A DNA stretch of 64,000 bases from an uncultured Thermoleophilia bacterium (GCA_963715985.1 CAVQSP010000013.1:224001-288000), one strand, 5' to 3'; positions 40,233-53,750 are shown, counted from the stretch's first letter. Numbers and translations: made by a program. The notes: generated by a model not told the origin, from the sequence alone.

Positions 40233-40381
40233 GCAGCTCCCCCGTCGCCGATGCCGCCCAGTCTACGTCGACGGTCGGGGACGGGCCAGTGGTCCGCCGC
40301 GGCCTGCGCTGCTTGAGGCAGGAGCGGGCGAGCCATACTGTGTGAGCAGGGCGGCGACTCTCCGGGACGTGGCGATCATCT

Positions 40382-41110
40382 ATGACAGGGCGTGCGACAG
40401 GCGACGAGCGGGACGCGAGCGGCCGGCTCCGCCTCCGGCCGCGGCGCCTGAACACCGCCGTGGCGGCGCTCTTCATGACCGGCTCACTGGGCTTCGCGCT
40501 GGGCTCGACCGGGGCCTACGCCGGGGCGGTGAGCACCACCGCAGACGCTGTGACGTTCTTTGTCTCCTCGGTCTTCTTCACGTCGGCGTCATTCCTTCAG
40601 CTGGTGCAGAGCCAGAGCCCGGCGATGGCACCCGCGGCCGGCAGCGATGTCGAGCCTGCACCCGTGCGCCTGCTCGCCTGGCTGCCTCGCGACAAGGCCT
40701 GGCTGGCTGCGGCCATCCAGTTCCCCGGGACGCTCTACTTCAACGGCACCACGTTCTGGGCCATCACGACGTCGATGTCGTCGAGCCAGTACGACGCGGT
40801 GGTATGGCGCCCAGACTTCTACGGCTCGATCCTCTTTCTGGTCTCCAGCGCCTTCGCGATCCTCGCCGCCGGACGACTCCTCTCATGGCGTCCCCGCGAT
40901 GCCGGGTGGCGCATCGCGTGGCTCAACATGATCGGGTCCATCGCCTTCATGGCATCGGCCGTCGCCGCCTACGTCGCGCCTGAAGCGACCGCGCCGGTCG
41001 ATGCCACCCTTGCCGACCGCGGGACGTTCGTGGGCGCCGTGTGCTTCTTCGCCGGCGCTCTGCTCATGATCCCGGCCTGGCGGCGCGCCCGGCGCCAGGT
41101 CGTGACCTGA
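40382..41110 (+). CDS. Membrane protein with YrhK-like repeats
   Basis: Several TM segments; F.TGS..FALG, PDFYGSILFL, NMIGSIAF. Confidence 0.72.
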   Translation: MTGRATGDERDASGRLRLRPRRLNTAVAALFMTGSLGFALGSTGAYAGAVSTTADAVTFFVSSVFFTSASFLQLVQSQSPAMAPAAGSDVEPAPVRLLAWLPRDKAWLAAAIQFPGTLYFNGTTFWAITTSMSSSQYDAVVWRPDFYGSILFLVSSAFAILAAGRLLSWRPRDAGWRIAWLNMIGSIAFMASAVAAYVAPEATAPVDATLADRGTFVGAVCFFAGALLMIPAWRRARRQVVT

Positions 41111-41267
41111 GCGAAAGACGTGACGCGGGGCTGGGCGCGTGCGGGTGCCCAGGAAGCGTCCCCGGAGTCTTGTCCCCGCGTACTGGCAGAAGGTGCCACC
41201 CTAAGTGAGCAACGACCCGTCCCCGTCTCAGGGGGTCTTCAGGATCCGCCGTGCTCCGGCGGCAACC

Positions 41268-42666
41268 TCACACGCCCGTCTGCGCCTGCACTGTGCCGTC
41301 GGCGATGGCCGCCTTGAGGGTCTCCCAGTCCGCGACGGTCTGGTCGGCGTAGGCGATGGCGAAGGCCTCCATGGCGCGTTCGAACGAGGAGCCGGCTCCA
41401 AGGTAGGCGGCCAGCGCGACGGGGTCGCCGGAGCGGGCGTGCGCATTGGCAAGGCACCACGCGCAGGCGTCCACGTACCGGGTGAAGGCCTTGGCACCGA
41501 GCAGGCCGATCTCCGCCGAGGCCTTCATGTCTTTGAGCTGGCGCCAGTAATAGTGGCGGTCCTCGTCGGCCAGCGTGCTCCAGCCGAGGAAGACGTCGGT
41601 CTCCAGCTGCACCAGGCGCTGGCCCTGCACCACGCGTGCCCCACGGTGCCGGTAGACGCTGCGCCCGGCGTAGGGCTCGAGCACCGAGCGGTCGGCCTCC
41701 TTGAACTGCAGTACCAGCGGATCGCTCTCGTCGCGCCCGATCATCAGGGCGATGAAGCAGCGCGTGCCCACGCTGCCGACGCCCACGACCTTGCGCGCGA
41801 TGTCGACCATCTGGTAGCGGTCGAGCAGCAGGCGGCGCTCGGGGGCGAGGCTGGCGCGATAGGTGGAGAAGCCGGTCGTGATGACGTCGGTGATGTGGTC
41901 GACGTCGTGGTCGCCGACGAGGTCGCGGAGCGGGGTCACGAGAGGCGGCACGCTCCTGAAGCGCAGCTCCCCGTCCACCACTTCGGCGAGCCTGCCGACC
42001 ACCTGGCGGCTCGAGCGGGCGCGGATCTTGCTGAGCACTTTGTCGAGCCGCGCCTGGTTCTTCTTCTTGCCCCATGCCGCCGCCGACGTCCTCCACGTCG
42101 AGGTGCGCGTACCACACGTCCAGCGTGGTGTTCTCGGCGAACCCGAGCACGGAGACGCGGTAGGCGGCGGCGGCGTGGCGGGCGGCCGCCGCGACAGCTG
42201 CGTTGCCGGCGCCGTTGTCGCGGGCCGCCACTGTGGCGCTCGCCACGAAGCGTTTGACGTCCCACTCCCACGGGCCCGGCAGCGTCTCGTCGAAGTCGTT
42301 GACGTCGAACACCATGCGCCGCTCCGGGCTCGCGAACACGCCGAAGTTGGAGATGTGCGCGTCGCCCACGGCCTGCACGCGCAGGCCGCTGACCGACGAG
42401 TCCGCGAGGTCGGCGGCCATGACGGCGGCGGCGCCGCGGAGGAAGGCGAACGGCGACGCCGCCATCCGGCCGTAGCGGATCGGCACGAGGTCCTGCTGGC
42501 GCGTGACGTCCTGCGCCGCAAGGATCGCGATGGGATCGCGTCGCTCCTCAGGCGTGTGGACGGCGAGGGAGCTGCGCGGAGCCTTCTCGCGGGCGGCGCG
42601 CCCGTGTGCGGCGCGCTCCTCCACAGTCAGGTGTTTGCCGGTCGCGCGCGGCGTCTCAGCATCCAT
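41268..42666 (-). CDS. DUF2252 protein; frameshift near 42075
   Basis: IRYGRMAASPFAFLRG, GDAHISNFG, FDVNDFDE, KVVGVGSVGTR, YWRQLKDMK. Confidence 0.9.
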
Positions 42667-42782
42667 CGCCTCTGGCCTCCCCTACGGGTGGCCGGCGGCG
42701 CAGCGAGGGCCGCGCCCGCCGGCTGTCTGGACGTGATGGTATCGCAAGATGTGGCGCGGGCGCGGCTCTGTAGGGGGCCCGG

Positions 42783-43427
42783 TCAGGTCGTGGGCGCCTG
42801 CCGCCGGCGCACGCGGTGCACGAGCCACACGATCACGCCCGGCGTCGCCGAGAGGGCGAAGGCGATGGCCAGGGCGACAGCGAGGTAGTCCTGCACCCAC
42901 GGTACGTTGCCGAACAGGTAGCCGGCGCCGAAGAACACCGTCACCCACAGCGCTGCGGCGATGGCCGCGTACAGCAGAAGGCGGTGGAACTCCATCCGCG
43001 CCACACCGGCCACGAACGGGGCGAGCGTCCTCACGATGGGCAGGAAGCGTGCGAAGACGATGGCCATACCGCCGTGCCGCTCGTAGAACTCGTGGGCCTG
43101 CTCGATGTGCTCCGGCTTGAGGTAGCGGCGCGGCTTGCTCAGCAGGTGCCGCCCGATCCAGCGGCCGATGAGGTAGTTGCACACGTCGCCGAGAAAGGCG
43201 GCCGTGAAGAGCAGCGGCGCGAGCACCGCGGCATGCAGGACGTCGGCGCCGGCCAGCGTGCCGCTGGCGAGCAGCAGCGACTCTCCGGGCAGGAACGGCG
43301 CGACCACCAGGCCGGTCTCACAGAAGATGGTCGCGAAGATGGCCGCGTACGCCCACGGGCCCAGCACGTCGATGAGCTGGGCCAGGTAGACGTCGAAGTC
43401 GAGGATGTAGGTGACGAGCTGGTGCAC
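42783..43427 (-). CDS. DedA/VTT-domain membrane protein
   Basis: FCETGLVVAPFLPGESLL, ARFLPIVRTLAPFVAG. Confidence 0.93.
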   Translation of the reverse strand: MHQLVTYILDFDVYLAQLIDVLGPWAYAAIFATIFCETGLVVAPFLPGESLLLASGTLAGADVLHAAVLAPLLFTAAFLGDVCNYLIGRWIGRHLLSKPRRYLKPEHIEQAHEFYERHGGMAIVFARFLPIVRTLAPFVAGVARMEFHRLLLYAAIAAALWVTVFFGAGYLFGNVPWVQDYLAVALAIAFALSATPGVIVWLVHRVRRRQAPTT

Positions 43428-43459
43428 CAGTCAGGGGACGCCCTGTCGGGCTGCTTGGT

Positions 43460-44645
43460 TCAGGCCGGCTCGGGTGAGGCGCCGGCGTCGGAGGCCGCCG
43501 CCTGCTCGTCGCGCCGGTGCAGGCGCCGTGCCTTGTACACCACGCGGTACCGGTCGTAGAGCACGATGATGAGCGTCAGCAGGTACGAGAAGAAGAGCGT
43601 CATGCCGAACGGCGCGCGGGCCGACCTGACGCCGAGCCAGCGGTCGAGAGCCTCGAGGGCCAGCACGATGACGAGGTTGACCACCAGCATCGTCACGAGC
43701 TCCCCGGCCAGCAGCCGCCAGCTGCGTCCGCGGGTCGCCATGAAGTGGCTCACGGCGGCGTTGATCACCGTGAAGATCGCCACGCCGACGGCGATGCGCA
43801 CCGGGTTCGCGTCGCCGCCGGTGATCATCGTGCCGAAGATGATGCAGACGATCGCCGTGAGCGCGACCTTCTCGCGGAGCGCCCAGCCGAAGATGCTGGT
43901 CTCGGCGCGGACCTTGCGATACGGCTCGGCGCCGTGCAGCTCCGGCGGCAGCGGGTCGGCGGCGATGTGCGCCTTGTGGTCGAACTTCGGCGCCTTGCGC
44001 GTGACGATCCAGTAGACGAGGGCGGCGAGGGCGGCGAAGAAGGCGATCGCCGCGACCAGCACCCACGGCCGGTTGGCGATGGCCGTCGCCCAGCTGTCTG
44101 TCGCGTCTCACGCCGAACAGCGTCTCCTTGATGAAGTCGGTCATGTCGAGCTGCGCGATGTGGATCCACCACTCCTGCGGCAGCTTGATGAAGATCCAGA
44201 TGCCGGCCGTGGCGAGGATCACCGTCCACTTGCCCATGCGGTTGGTGTTCCAGCCCAGGCGCACGAGCTCGACGAAGAGGAAGAAGTACTCGAAGGTGTT
44301 CGGGAAGATGAAGAGGATGGCGCGCACCTGCGTAAGCTCGAAGGCGATCACCCCGACCATCCGGTAGTAGTAGAGGAACTGGCTCATGCGGAACGCGGTC
44401 TGGTTGGTCCAGTTGCGCAGCGTGGAGAGGTAGGCGACCGACAGGTAGTAGACGTCGAGCGCCTTGTCGTAAGACTGATACCCGTCCAGCGGGATGCTGG
44501 GGAACTGCTGGAAGATGCTCTGGTCGACCGAGTCGAGGAGCAGGCACGCGAGGAGCGCCGGCACCGGGAAGTAGGGGATCAGCAGCGGCAGGGCGAGGCG
44601 GCCGCCGACGACGAGCACGACCACGGTCCATTCCACGGTCCCCAT
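43460..44645 (-). CDS. Conserved-looking membrane protein; frameshift near 44105
   Basis: LDSVDQ, YQSYDKALD, FPNTFEYF, IKLPQEWWIH; many TM segments. Confidence 0.75.
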
Positions 44646-44914
44646 GTCAGGCTCTGGGCTGCGCTGCGCTCTTCATGTCCCCGACTCTACTTGCGGCCCA
44701 AGACCGCTCGCAAGAGGTGAGACGCTCAAGCTGAGGGTGATCCCGGTCTGCCGGTGACGGTCGCCCACCCGGCGGCTCGGCTGGGTGGTGCGGCCATCGC
44801 GCTCATCGGTATGATGGTGTCGTTGTTCGCCCCCGGCGGTCTCACGGCGCGCCGGCGGTGAGACGGCTACGGTCCGCCGCCCGGCAACGGGCATCCACAC
44901 GAACGGGAGATCGC

Positions 44915-45433
44915 ATGAGTGAACTGATGGTGCTGGGCTTCGAGAACGAGATGGAGGCCGACCGCTTCGGCCTCAAGCTCGCGGAGCTGCAGAAAGACAT
45001 GATCATCCAGCTCGAGGACGCCGCCGAAGTGGTGCGCGACCCCGACGGCAAGCCGCACGTCAAGCACGGCCACGGCCTGGTCGGCGCCGGCGCCATGGGC
45101 GGCGCCTTCTGGGGCATGCTCTTCGGCCTGCTCTTCTTCATGCCGTTCCTCGGCATGGCCATCGGCGCCGGCCTGGGCGCCCTCTTCGGCAAGGGCGCGA
45201 AGACCGGCATCGACCGCCAGGTGCTCGAGCAGATGGGCGACGCGGTGCCGCCGGGCAAGGCCGGCTGGTTCCTCGTCATCGGCCAGTTGACCGAGGACAA
45301 GTTCCTCGCCGCCATCGAGGGCACGCACGCCACGCTCGTGCGCTCCAACCTCTCGACGGAGCAGGAGGCGGAGCTCAAGCACGCCTTCGGCGCCAAGCAC
45401 CACAAGAAGGACGCGACGGCGGAGACCGCCTGA
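44915..45433 (+). CDS. DUF1269 membrane protein
   Basis: LEDAA.V.RD.DGK, GAFWGMLFGLLF, GID, SNLS.EQE. Confidence 0.88.
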   Translation: MSELMVLGFENEMEADRFGLKLAELQKDMIIQLEDAAEVVRDPDGKPHVKHGHGLVGAGAMGGAFWGMLFGLLFFMPFLGMAIGAGLGALFGKGAKTGIDRQVLEQMGDAVPPGKAGWFLVIGQLTEDKFLAAIEGTHATLVRSNLSTEQEAELKHAFGAKHHKKDATAETA

Positions 45434-45543
45434 CGTGTTCTGAGGGCGGGGCGGCCCGACAGGGCCGCCCCGCCCGCTGTCGTTTGGCAGCGAGTCCGCA
45501 CCGGTGCGGCGGGGAGCCGGCCGGCACGGATGGGGGAGTCGAC

Positions 45544-46197
45544 ATGGCTGAGTCGCAGAATGCGGCGAAGATCACGCACAAGAAGAACCGCCTCGAGGCG
45601 TTCAGCGACGGCGTCTTCGCCATCGCCATCACGCTCATGGTGCTCGAGATCGCCATCCCGGTGGAGAACGGTGAAGGCGAGAGGCTGCTGAGCGGGCTCC
45701 TTCACGAGTGGCCCGTCTATCTCACCTATTTCGTCTCGTTCATGACCATCGGCGCGGTGTGGATGGAGCACAGCGCGCTCGTGGACGCGCTCGACCACAT
45801 CGACGGCGTCTTCATGCGGCTCAATCTCGTCCTGCTCCTCTTCTGTGCCTTCCTGCCGTTCCCGACGCGCCTCATGAGTGAGTTCGCCGGCGACATTCCC
45901 GGAGAGCGTGTCGCGGTCGTGTTCTACGGTGCCGTACTGTTGATGATGACGCTCATGCTTCTGGTGATGGGGCGGCACGCCGAGAACGAGGGTCTGTTCG
46001 GCGACGATCTCGTTGATGAGCGCAAGGAGGAGGCCCGGGTCAAGTACCAGCTGCTGCCGGGCCTCATCGCCTACATCGCGGGCGGCGCCCTGGGGCTGCT
46101 GTCGCCGCGCATCGGCGTCATCATCTATCTCATCATCGCCATCTACCTGGCGATCCCGATCCGTGAAGTGACACGGCTGTACCGGAAGAAGGCCTGA
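45544..46197 (+). CDS. TMEM175-family K+ channel-like protein
   Basis: RLEAFSDGVFAIAITL, YFVSF..IG.VW..H, FLPFPT. Confidence 0.92.
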   Translation: MAESQNAAKITHKKNRLEAFSDGVFAIAITLMVLEIAIPVENGEGERLLSGLLHEWPVYLTYFVSFMTIGAVWMEHSALVDALDHIDGVFMRLNLVLLLFCAFLPFPTRLMSEFAGDIPGERVAVVFYGAVLLMMTLMLLVMGRHAENEGLFGDDLVDERKEEARVKYQLLPGLIAYIAGGALGLLSPRIGVIIYLIIAIYLAIPIREVTRLYRKKA

Positions 46198-46274
46198 GCT
46201 GGTCGCACATTGCATCGTTCTGACCGTTGGGTAACATGGCGCGGGCAAGCCGACCGTGCGACCAGGGGGATGTG

Positions 46275-47957
46275 ATGGCCAAAGAGGCGACGTCCGCATC
46301 AGGGGGAGCGGGCAAGGCCGCCGGCGCTGCGGCGGGCGGTGCGGGACTGATCCTCTTCACGCTGGCCACCGGCCAGTTCCTCATGACCCTCGACACGTCG
46401 GTCATGAACGTGTCCATCGCCACGGTGGCCAACGACCTCGGCACGACGGTCACCGGCGTGCAGACCGCGATCACCCTCTACACGCTGGTCATGGCCAGCC
46501 TGATGGTGCTGGGCGGCAAGATCGGGAGCATCATGGGCCGCAAGCGGGCCTTCTCCCTGGGCTGCATCATCTACGGGTGCGGCTCGATGACCACCGCGCT
46601 TTCGCCGAACCTTACGGTCCTCATCATCGGGTGGTCGTTTCTGGAGGGCATCGGCGCCGTGCTGATCATGCCGGCCATCGTCGGGCTGGTGGCCGGCAAC
46701 TTCCCGCTGGCGGCCAGGCCCAAGGCCTACGGCCTCATCGCCGCCGCCGGCGCCATCGCTGTCGCCGTCGGCCCCGTGATCGGCGGCTTCATGACCACCT
46801 ACTTCTCTTGGCGGTACGTGTTCGCCGGCGAGGTGATCATCGTCATCGCCATCCTGTTCCTGGCGCGCCGCGCCTCGGACGAGCCGGTCGCCGTGCGTCC
46901 GCACCTCGACATGTTCGGCGTCGTCTTGTCGTCGGCGGGCCTCGCCTTCCTCGTCCTCGGTGTGCTCAAATCGTCGACGTGGGGCTGGTTCCTGCCCAAG
47001 GAGGGCGCTCCGTCCCTGTTCGGCCTCTCGCTCACTATGTGGTTCATCATCGCCGGCCTCTTCCTGCTCTGGCTGTTCATGCGCTGGCAGCGGCGCCTTG
47101 AGAACGCCGGCAAGGAGCCGCTCATCTCTCCGGCCCTGTTCAAGCACAGGCAGCTCACCGGCGGCCTCATCACGTTCCTGTTCCAGTTCCTGATCCAGGC
47201 GGGCCTGTTCTTCATCGTGCCGCTGTTCCTCTCGGTGGTGCTCGGTCTGTCGCCCATGGCCACCGGCGTGCGCCTGCTCCCGCTCTCGCTGTCGCTGCTC
47301 GTGGCTGCCGTGGGCGTCCCGCGCCTCCTGCCGCACGCCAATCCGCGCCGCGTGGTGCGCATCGGCATGCTCTCCCTCGTCGCCGGCATCCTGGTGCTGA
47401 TCGGCAGCTTGGAGGTTGGGGCAGATTCCTCCATCGTCTTCATCCCCATGCTCATCATCGGCTTCGGCATCGGCGCGCTGGCGTCGCAGCTCGGCAACGT
47501 AACCGTCTCGTCGGTGCCTACGGAGAAGAGCGCGGAGGTCGGCGGGCTGCAGAACACCGCCAGCCAGCTGGGCGCCTCGTTCGGCACGGCGCTGGCCGGC
47601 TCGGTGCTCATCGCCGTCCTGACGACCTCGTTCCTGGCGGGCATCGAACAGAACCCCAACGTGCCGCAGCAGGCCAAGGAGCAGGCCAACGTCAATCTGG
47701 CCGCCGGCGCGCCGTTCATCTCGGACGCCGACCTCCAGGCGCGGATGAGCCAGGCCGGCTACACGCAGGACCAGATCGACATCGCGCTCGAGCAGAACCA
47801 GGCGTCGCAGATCGACGGCCTGCGCGCGGCGCTCTCGGTGCTGGGCATCATCGGCGTCATCGCCCTCTTCTTCACCGGGAGCATCCCCAAGCGGCAGCCG
47901 GGCTCGGAGCCGGAGTCTCAGCCGGGGTCTGAGCCGGCGCCCGCGGCCGCGGGCTGA
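46275..47957 (+). CDS. MFS transporter (DHA2-like, about 14 TM)
   Basis: LDTSVMNVS, GGKIG...GRKR, GPVIGG. Confidence 0.92.
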   Translation: MAKEATSASGGAGKAAGAAAGGAGLILFTLATGQFLMTLDTSVMNVSIATVANDLGTTVTGVQTAITLYTLVMASLMVLGGKIGSIMGRKRAFSLGCIIYGCGSMTTALSPNLTVLIIGWSFLEGIGAVLIMPAIVGLVAGNFPLAARPKAYGLIAAAGAIAVAVGPVIGGFMTTYFSWRYVFAGEVIIVIAILFLARRASDEPVAVRPHLDMFGVVLSSAGLAFLVLGVLKSSTWGWFLPKEGAPSLFGLSLTMWFIIAGLFLLWLFMRWQRRLENAGKEPLISPALFKHRQLTGGLITFLFQFLIQAGLFFIVPLFLSVVLGLSPMATGVRLLPLSLSLLVAAVGVPRLLPHANPRRVVRIGMLSLVAGILVLIGSLEVGADSSIVFIPMLIIGFGIGALASQLGNVTVSSVPTEKSAEVGGLQNTASQLGASFGTALAGSVLIAVLTTSFLAGIEQNPNVPQQAKEQANVNLAAGAPFISDADLQARMSQAGYTQDQIDIALEQNQASQIDGLRAALSVLGIIGVIALFFTGSIPKRQPGSEPESQPGSEPAPAAAG

Positions 47958-47965
47958 ACAGGACG

Positions 47966-48011
47966 CGCACGACGAGTGCGGGGGCCGAACGGCCCCCGCA
48001 CTCGTCGTGCG
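47966..48011. terminator. 21-bp perfect hairpin between convergent genes
   Basis: CGCACGACGAGTGCGGGGGCC-GAAC-GGCCCCCGCACTCGTCGTGCG. Confidence 0.7.
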
Positions 48012-48029
48012 GTCTGCGCACCAGCCGTT

Positions 48030-48890
48030 CTACTTGGCCACGTAGTGGGCGAGGGCTGCGCCGCCCGAGTCCCTCAGCCAGAGCTCATCGCCCTCGATGG
48101 TGTACGTGGCCGTCTTGGGAAGCGCCGCCAGGTACGCGGCTTCCTGCTGCATCAGATCCTCCGGCCCCGCCATCTGCGTCGTGACGATCTGCGCGTCTAT
48201 CGACATCGTGTCGCCCGCTGTCGAGTAGGTCGTGCTGTACTGATTGATGCTCGCATTGCCGGCCAGGCGACCGTCGGACCCGAACGTCGCCGTGATGGCG
48301 CTCGACGCAACGAGCGACTGCAGGGCACCCTTGCCGTTGTTGTAGGCGAGGGCGTCCCACTCGGTGCCCTCGAGCGCGGTGGGCTGGACGACCGCGTAGC
48401 GGACGAGCACGGTGCCCTGGTCGTCCGTGAGCGTCAGGGAGTCCGCGGTCACGGTGTACTTCTTGGCCTGCGTCAGCGCTGCGAAGTAGGCCTGCTCCTG
48501 CGCCATCGCCTCGTCCGAGCCGGCCATGAGCGTCGCCGCCGGCTGCGAGATCGTGATGAGGTCACCGGCCTGGGTCTCGTAGGTGGCGGTGTAGCGGTTC
48601 ACGCCGCCGGAACCGGAGAGCTGGCCCGCGGCGAAGGAGGCGGTGACCTCGGTGCCCTTGGCTGTGAGGACGCTGGTCACCCCCGCTATCTCGGTCGCCT
48701 TCCACACGCCGGCCTCGAGCGCCTTGCTGTTGTCCGCGCCGGCGCTGCCGGAGTCGGAAGAGCACCCGGAGACGGCGAGTGGAGCCAGCGCGACGAGGCC
48801 GACCGCGACGAGCGAGAGGGCGGAGCGGCGACGTAGCAGGGTCGCGGCAGACCGCACTGTGTGCCGATGGGCGTGGCGACGAACGTCCAT
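48030..48890 (-). CDS. Lipoprotein with two META (HslJ-like) domains
   Basis: Lipobox-like VSGC; two repeats G..G/S.N.Y...T.MAG...M.QE.AY..AL. Confidence 0.85.
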   Translation of the reverse strand: MDVRRHAHRHTVRSAATLLRRRSALSLVAVGLVALAPLAVSGCSSDSGSAGADNSKALEAGVWKATEIAGVTSVLTAKGTEVTASFAAGQLSGSGGVNRYTATYETQAGDLITISQPAATLMAGSDEAMAQEQAYFAALTQAKKYTVTADSLTLTDDQGTVLVRYAVVQPTALEGTEWDALAYNNGKGALQSLVASSAITATFGSDGRLAGNASINQYSTTYSTAGDTMSIDAQIVTTQMAGPEDLMQQEAAYLAALPKTATYTIEGDELWLRDSGGAALAHYVAK

Positions 48891-49008
48891 TCCAGTCTCC
48901 TTCGATCTCGGCTCAGCATGAACAGGGCGAAGCAAGAAGGAGTCTATTACGGGTCCGGGTGGTCGGGCGGCCGCGGACCGCCCCCTCGGCGGTGTGGTCG
49001 GGCGCGGT

Positions 49009-50445
49009 TCAGGGCTCGCAGACCGAGGCCGCCGCGCCCTTCTCGAAGCGCATCTTGCACATCGAGTACTCCTCGGGGACGGCGATGGGGTAGTCCCCGT
49101 CGAAGCAGGCGCGGCAGAACTGGTCGCGAGGCAGGCCGGTGCTGGCCTGCAGGCCTTCGAGGGTGAGGTAGTGGAGGCTGGTCGCGCCCACGCGGGCGCG
49201 GATCTCCTCCACGCTCAGGTTGGCGGCGATGAGCTCCGCGCGCGTGGCCATGTCGATGCCGTAGAAGCAGGGGTACTGGATGGGCGGCGAGCTGATGCGC
49301 AGGTGCACTTCTTTGGCACCGGCGCTGTACAGCATGTCGACGAGCTTGCCCGTGGTGTTGCCGCGCACGATGGAGTCGTCCACCACGACGAGGCGCTTGC
49401 CGCTGATGACGGCGCTGAGCGGGTTGAGCTTCATGCGGATACCCACCTGGCGCAGCTGGTCGTCCGGCTGGATGAAGGTGCGGTGCACGTAGCGGTTCTT
49501 GATGAGGCCTTCGGCGTAGGGGATGCCGGAGGCGGCGGCGTAGCCGATCGCCGCCGGCATGCCCGTGTCCGGGACCGGGATGACGAGGTCGGCTTCGACC
49601 GGCGCCTCCCTGGCCAGATGCTTGCCCATCTCCTGGCGCACGACGTGTAGGGTCTGGCCGCCGATCAGGCTGTCCGGACGCGCGAAGTAGATGAACTCGA
49701 AGATGCACAAGGCCGGGCGCGAGCCCTCGAGCTCCACGCGCTCGCTGCGCAGGCCGTGCTCCTTGTCGGCGATGACGATCTCGCCGGGCTGGATCTCGCG
49801 CACGAACTTCGCGCCGATGATGTTGAGGCCGGCGGTCTCGCTGCTGATGACGGGGTGACCCTCGTAGCTGCCCAGGCACAACGGGCGCACGCCGTACGGG
49901 TCGCGGAAGCCGACCAGGGCGTCGCCGCTCATCACGGTGGCAGAGAAGGCGCCGCGGATCTTGGCCACGGCTGTGCGCACGGCGCTCAGCAGGTCGCTGT
50001 CCGCCTCGTGGGCGATGAGCGCCGTGATGACCTCGGTGTCGGTGGTGCCGGCGAACTTGACGCCCTCGGCCATGAGCTCCTCGCGCAATTGGCTCGTGTT
50101 GACGAGGTTGCCGTTGTGGCCCAGAGCGATGACGTCGCCGTTGCGGCTGCGCACCAGCGGCTGCGAGTTCTGCCAGTGGCTGGACCCGGTGGTGGAGTAA
50201 CGCACGTGGCCGATGGCGTGCTGGCCGCTGAGGCTCGTGAGCATCTGCTCGTTGAACACCTGGCTCACGAGCCCGAGGTCCTTGATGACCGTGATCTGGC
50301 CGTCATCGCTGACCGCGATCCCTGCGCTCTCCTGCCCGCGGTGCTGCAGGGCGTAGAGACCGAAGAAGGTCAGGCGTGCGACGTCATGCCCCGGCGCGTG
50401 GATGCCGAAGACGCCGCAACTGTCGTGGAGATGGTCGTTGTGCAC
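49009..50445 (-). CDS. purF: Amidophosphoribosyltransferase
   Basis: Propeptide plus CGVFG, LQHRGQES, HVRYST, VDDSIVRG, PCFYGID. Confidence 0.98.
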   Translation of the reverse strand: MHNDHLHDSCGVFGIHAPGHDVARLTFFGLYALQHRGQESAGIAVSDDGQITVIKDLGLVSQVFNEQMLTSLSGQHAIGHVRYSTTGSSHWQNSQPLVRSRNGDVIALGHNGNLVNTSQLREELMAEGVKFAGTTDTEVITALIAHEADSDLLSAVRTAVAKIRGAFSATVMSGDALVGFRDPYGVRPLCLGSYEGHPVISSETAGLNIIGAKFVREIQPGEIVIADKEHGLRSERVELEGSRPALCIFEFIYFARPDSLIGGQTLHVVRQEMGKHLAREAPVEADLVIPVPDTGMPAAIGYAAASGIPYAEGLIKNRYVHRTFIQPDDQLRQVGIRMKLNPLSAVISGKRLVVVDDSIVRGNTTGKLVDMLYSAGAKEVHLRISSPPIQYPCFYGIDMATRAELIAANLSVEEIRARVGATSLHYLTLEGLQASTGLPRDQFCRACFDGDYPIAVPEEYSMCKMRFEKGAAASVCEP

Positions 50446-50465
50446 GGCGCTCGTTCGCTGGATGG

Positions 50466-52762
<2,297 letters not shown>

Positions 52763-52766
<4 letters not shown>

Positions 52767-53491
52767 GCCGTCACCTCCGCCGCGCGCAGGGAGTCGATCA
52801 TCGACTGGAAGAACCGCCTGCCGTCGGCGCCGCCGGCCAGGCCGGCCTCCACCGAGTTCTCCGGGTGGGGCATCATGCCGAACACGTTGCGCGTCTCGTT
52901 GCAGACGCCGGCGATGTCGTCGAGGGAGCCGTTGGGGTTGGCGCCCGGAGCGCGCTCGCCGGATGCGTCTGCATAGCGCACCACGATCTGGTCGTTCGCC
53001 TTCAGGCGCTCGAACGTCGCCGGGTCCACCGTGTAATTGCCCTCGTTGTGCTTGACCACGATGCGCAGCAGCTCGCCGGGGGCGCAGGCGCTCGTAAACG
53101 GCGTGGCCGTGGTCTCCACCCGCAGGTTCACGTACTTGCAGACGAACTTGAGCCCCGTGTTGCGGATGAGGCCGCCGGGCAGGAGGCCGGCCTCGATGAG
53201 GATCTGGAAGCCGTTGCAGATGCCCATCACCAGGCCGCCGTCCGCGGCGAAGTCGGCGATGGGCTGCATGATGGGGCTGAAGCGGGCGATGGCGCCGCAG
53301 CGCAGGTAGTCGCCGTAGCTGAACCCGCCGGGGATGACGATACCGTCCACACCCTTGAGGTCGGTGTCCTTGTGCCAGAGGTACTCGGCGCTGACGCCGG
53401 GGAAGGTCTCGAGGCCGTGGTGCGTGTCGCCGTCGGTGTTGATGCCCGGAAACACGACCACGCCGAGACGCACGGGGCTGGGGGAGCTCAT
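52763..53491 (-). CDS. purQ: FGAM synthase subunit PurQ
   Basis: PGGFSYGDYLR, GICNGFQ, NPNGS, GMMPHPE. Confidence 0.97.
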
Positions 53492-53498
53492 GCCGGCC

Positions 53499-53750
53499 TC
53501 ACCCCTCGGCGATCTCGAAGGTGTAGTCCTCGATGATCGGGTTGGAGAGCAGCCTGCGGCACATGTCGTCGACCTCCGCGGTGGCCTGCTCGCGGGTGAG
53601 TCCGTCACGCGCTATGGTGAGGTCGATGATCTTGCCGACGCGCACCCCGCTCACGCCTTCGAAGCCGAGGTTGGGGAGCGACCGCTCCACGGCCGCGCCC
53701 TGGGGGTCGAGGATGCCCTGCTTGGGCGTGACGTAGACGCGGACGTTCAT
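53499..53750 (-). CDS. purS: FGAM synthase subunit PurS
   Basis: ILDPQG, VRVGK, LLSNPIIEDY. Confidence 0.96.
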   Translation of the reverse strand: MNVRVYVTPKQGILDPQGAAVERSLPNLGFEGVSGVRVGKIIDLTIARDGLTREQATAEVDDMCRRLLSNPIIEDYTFEIAEG

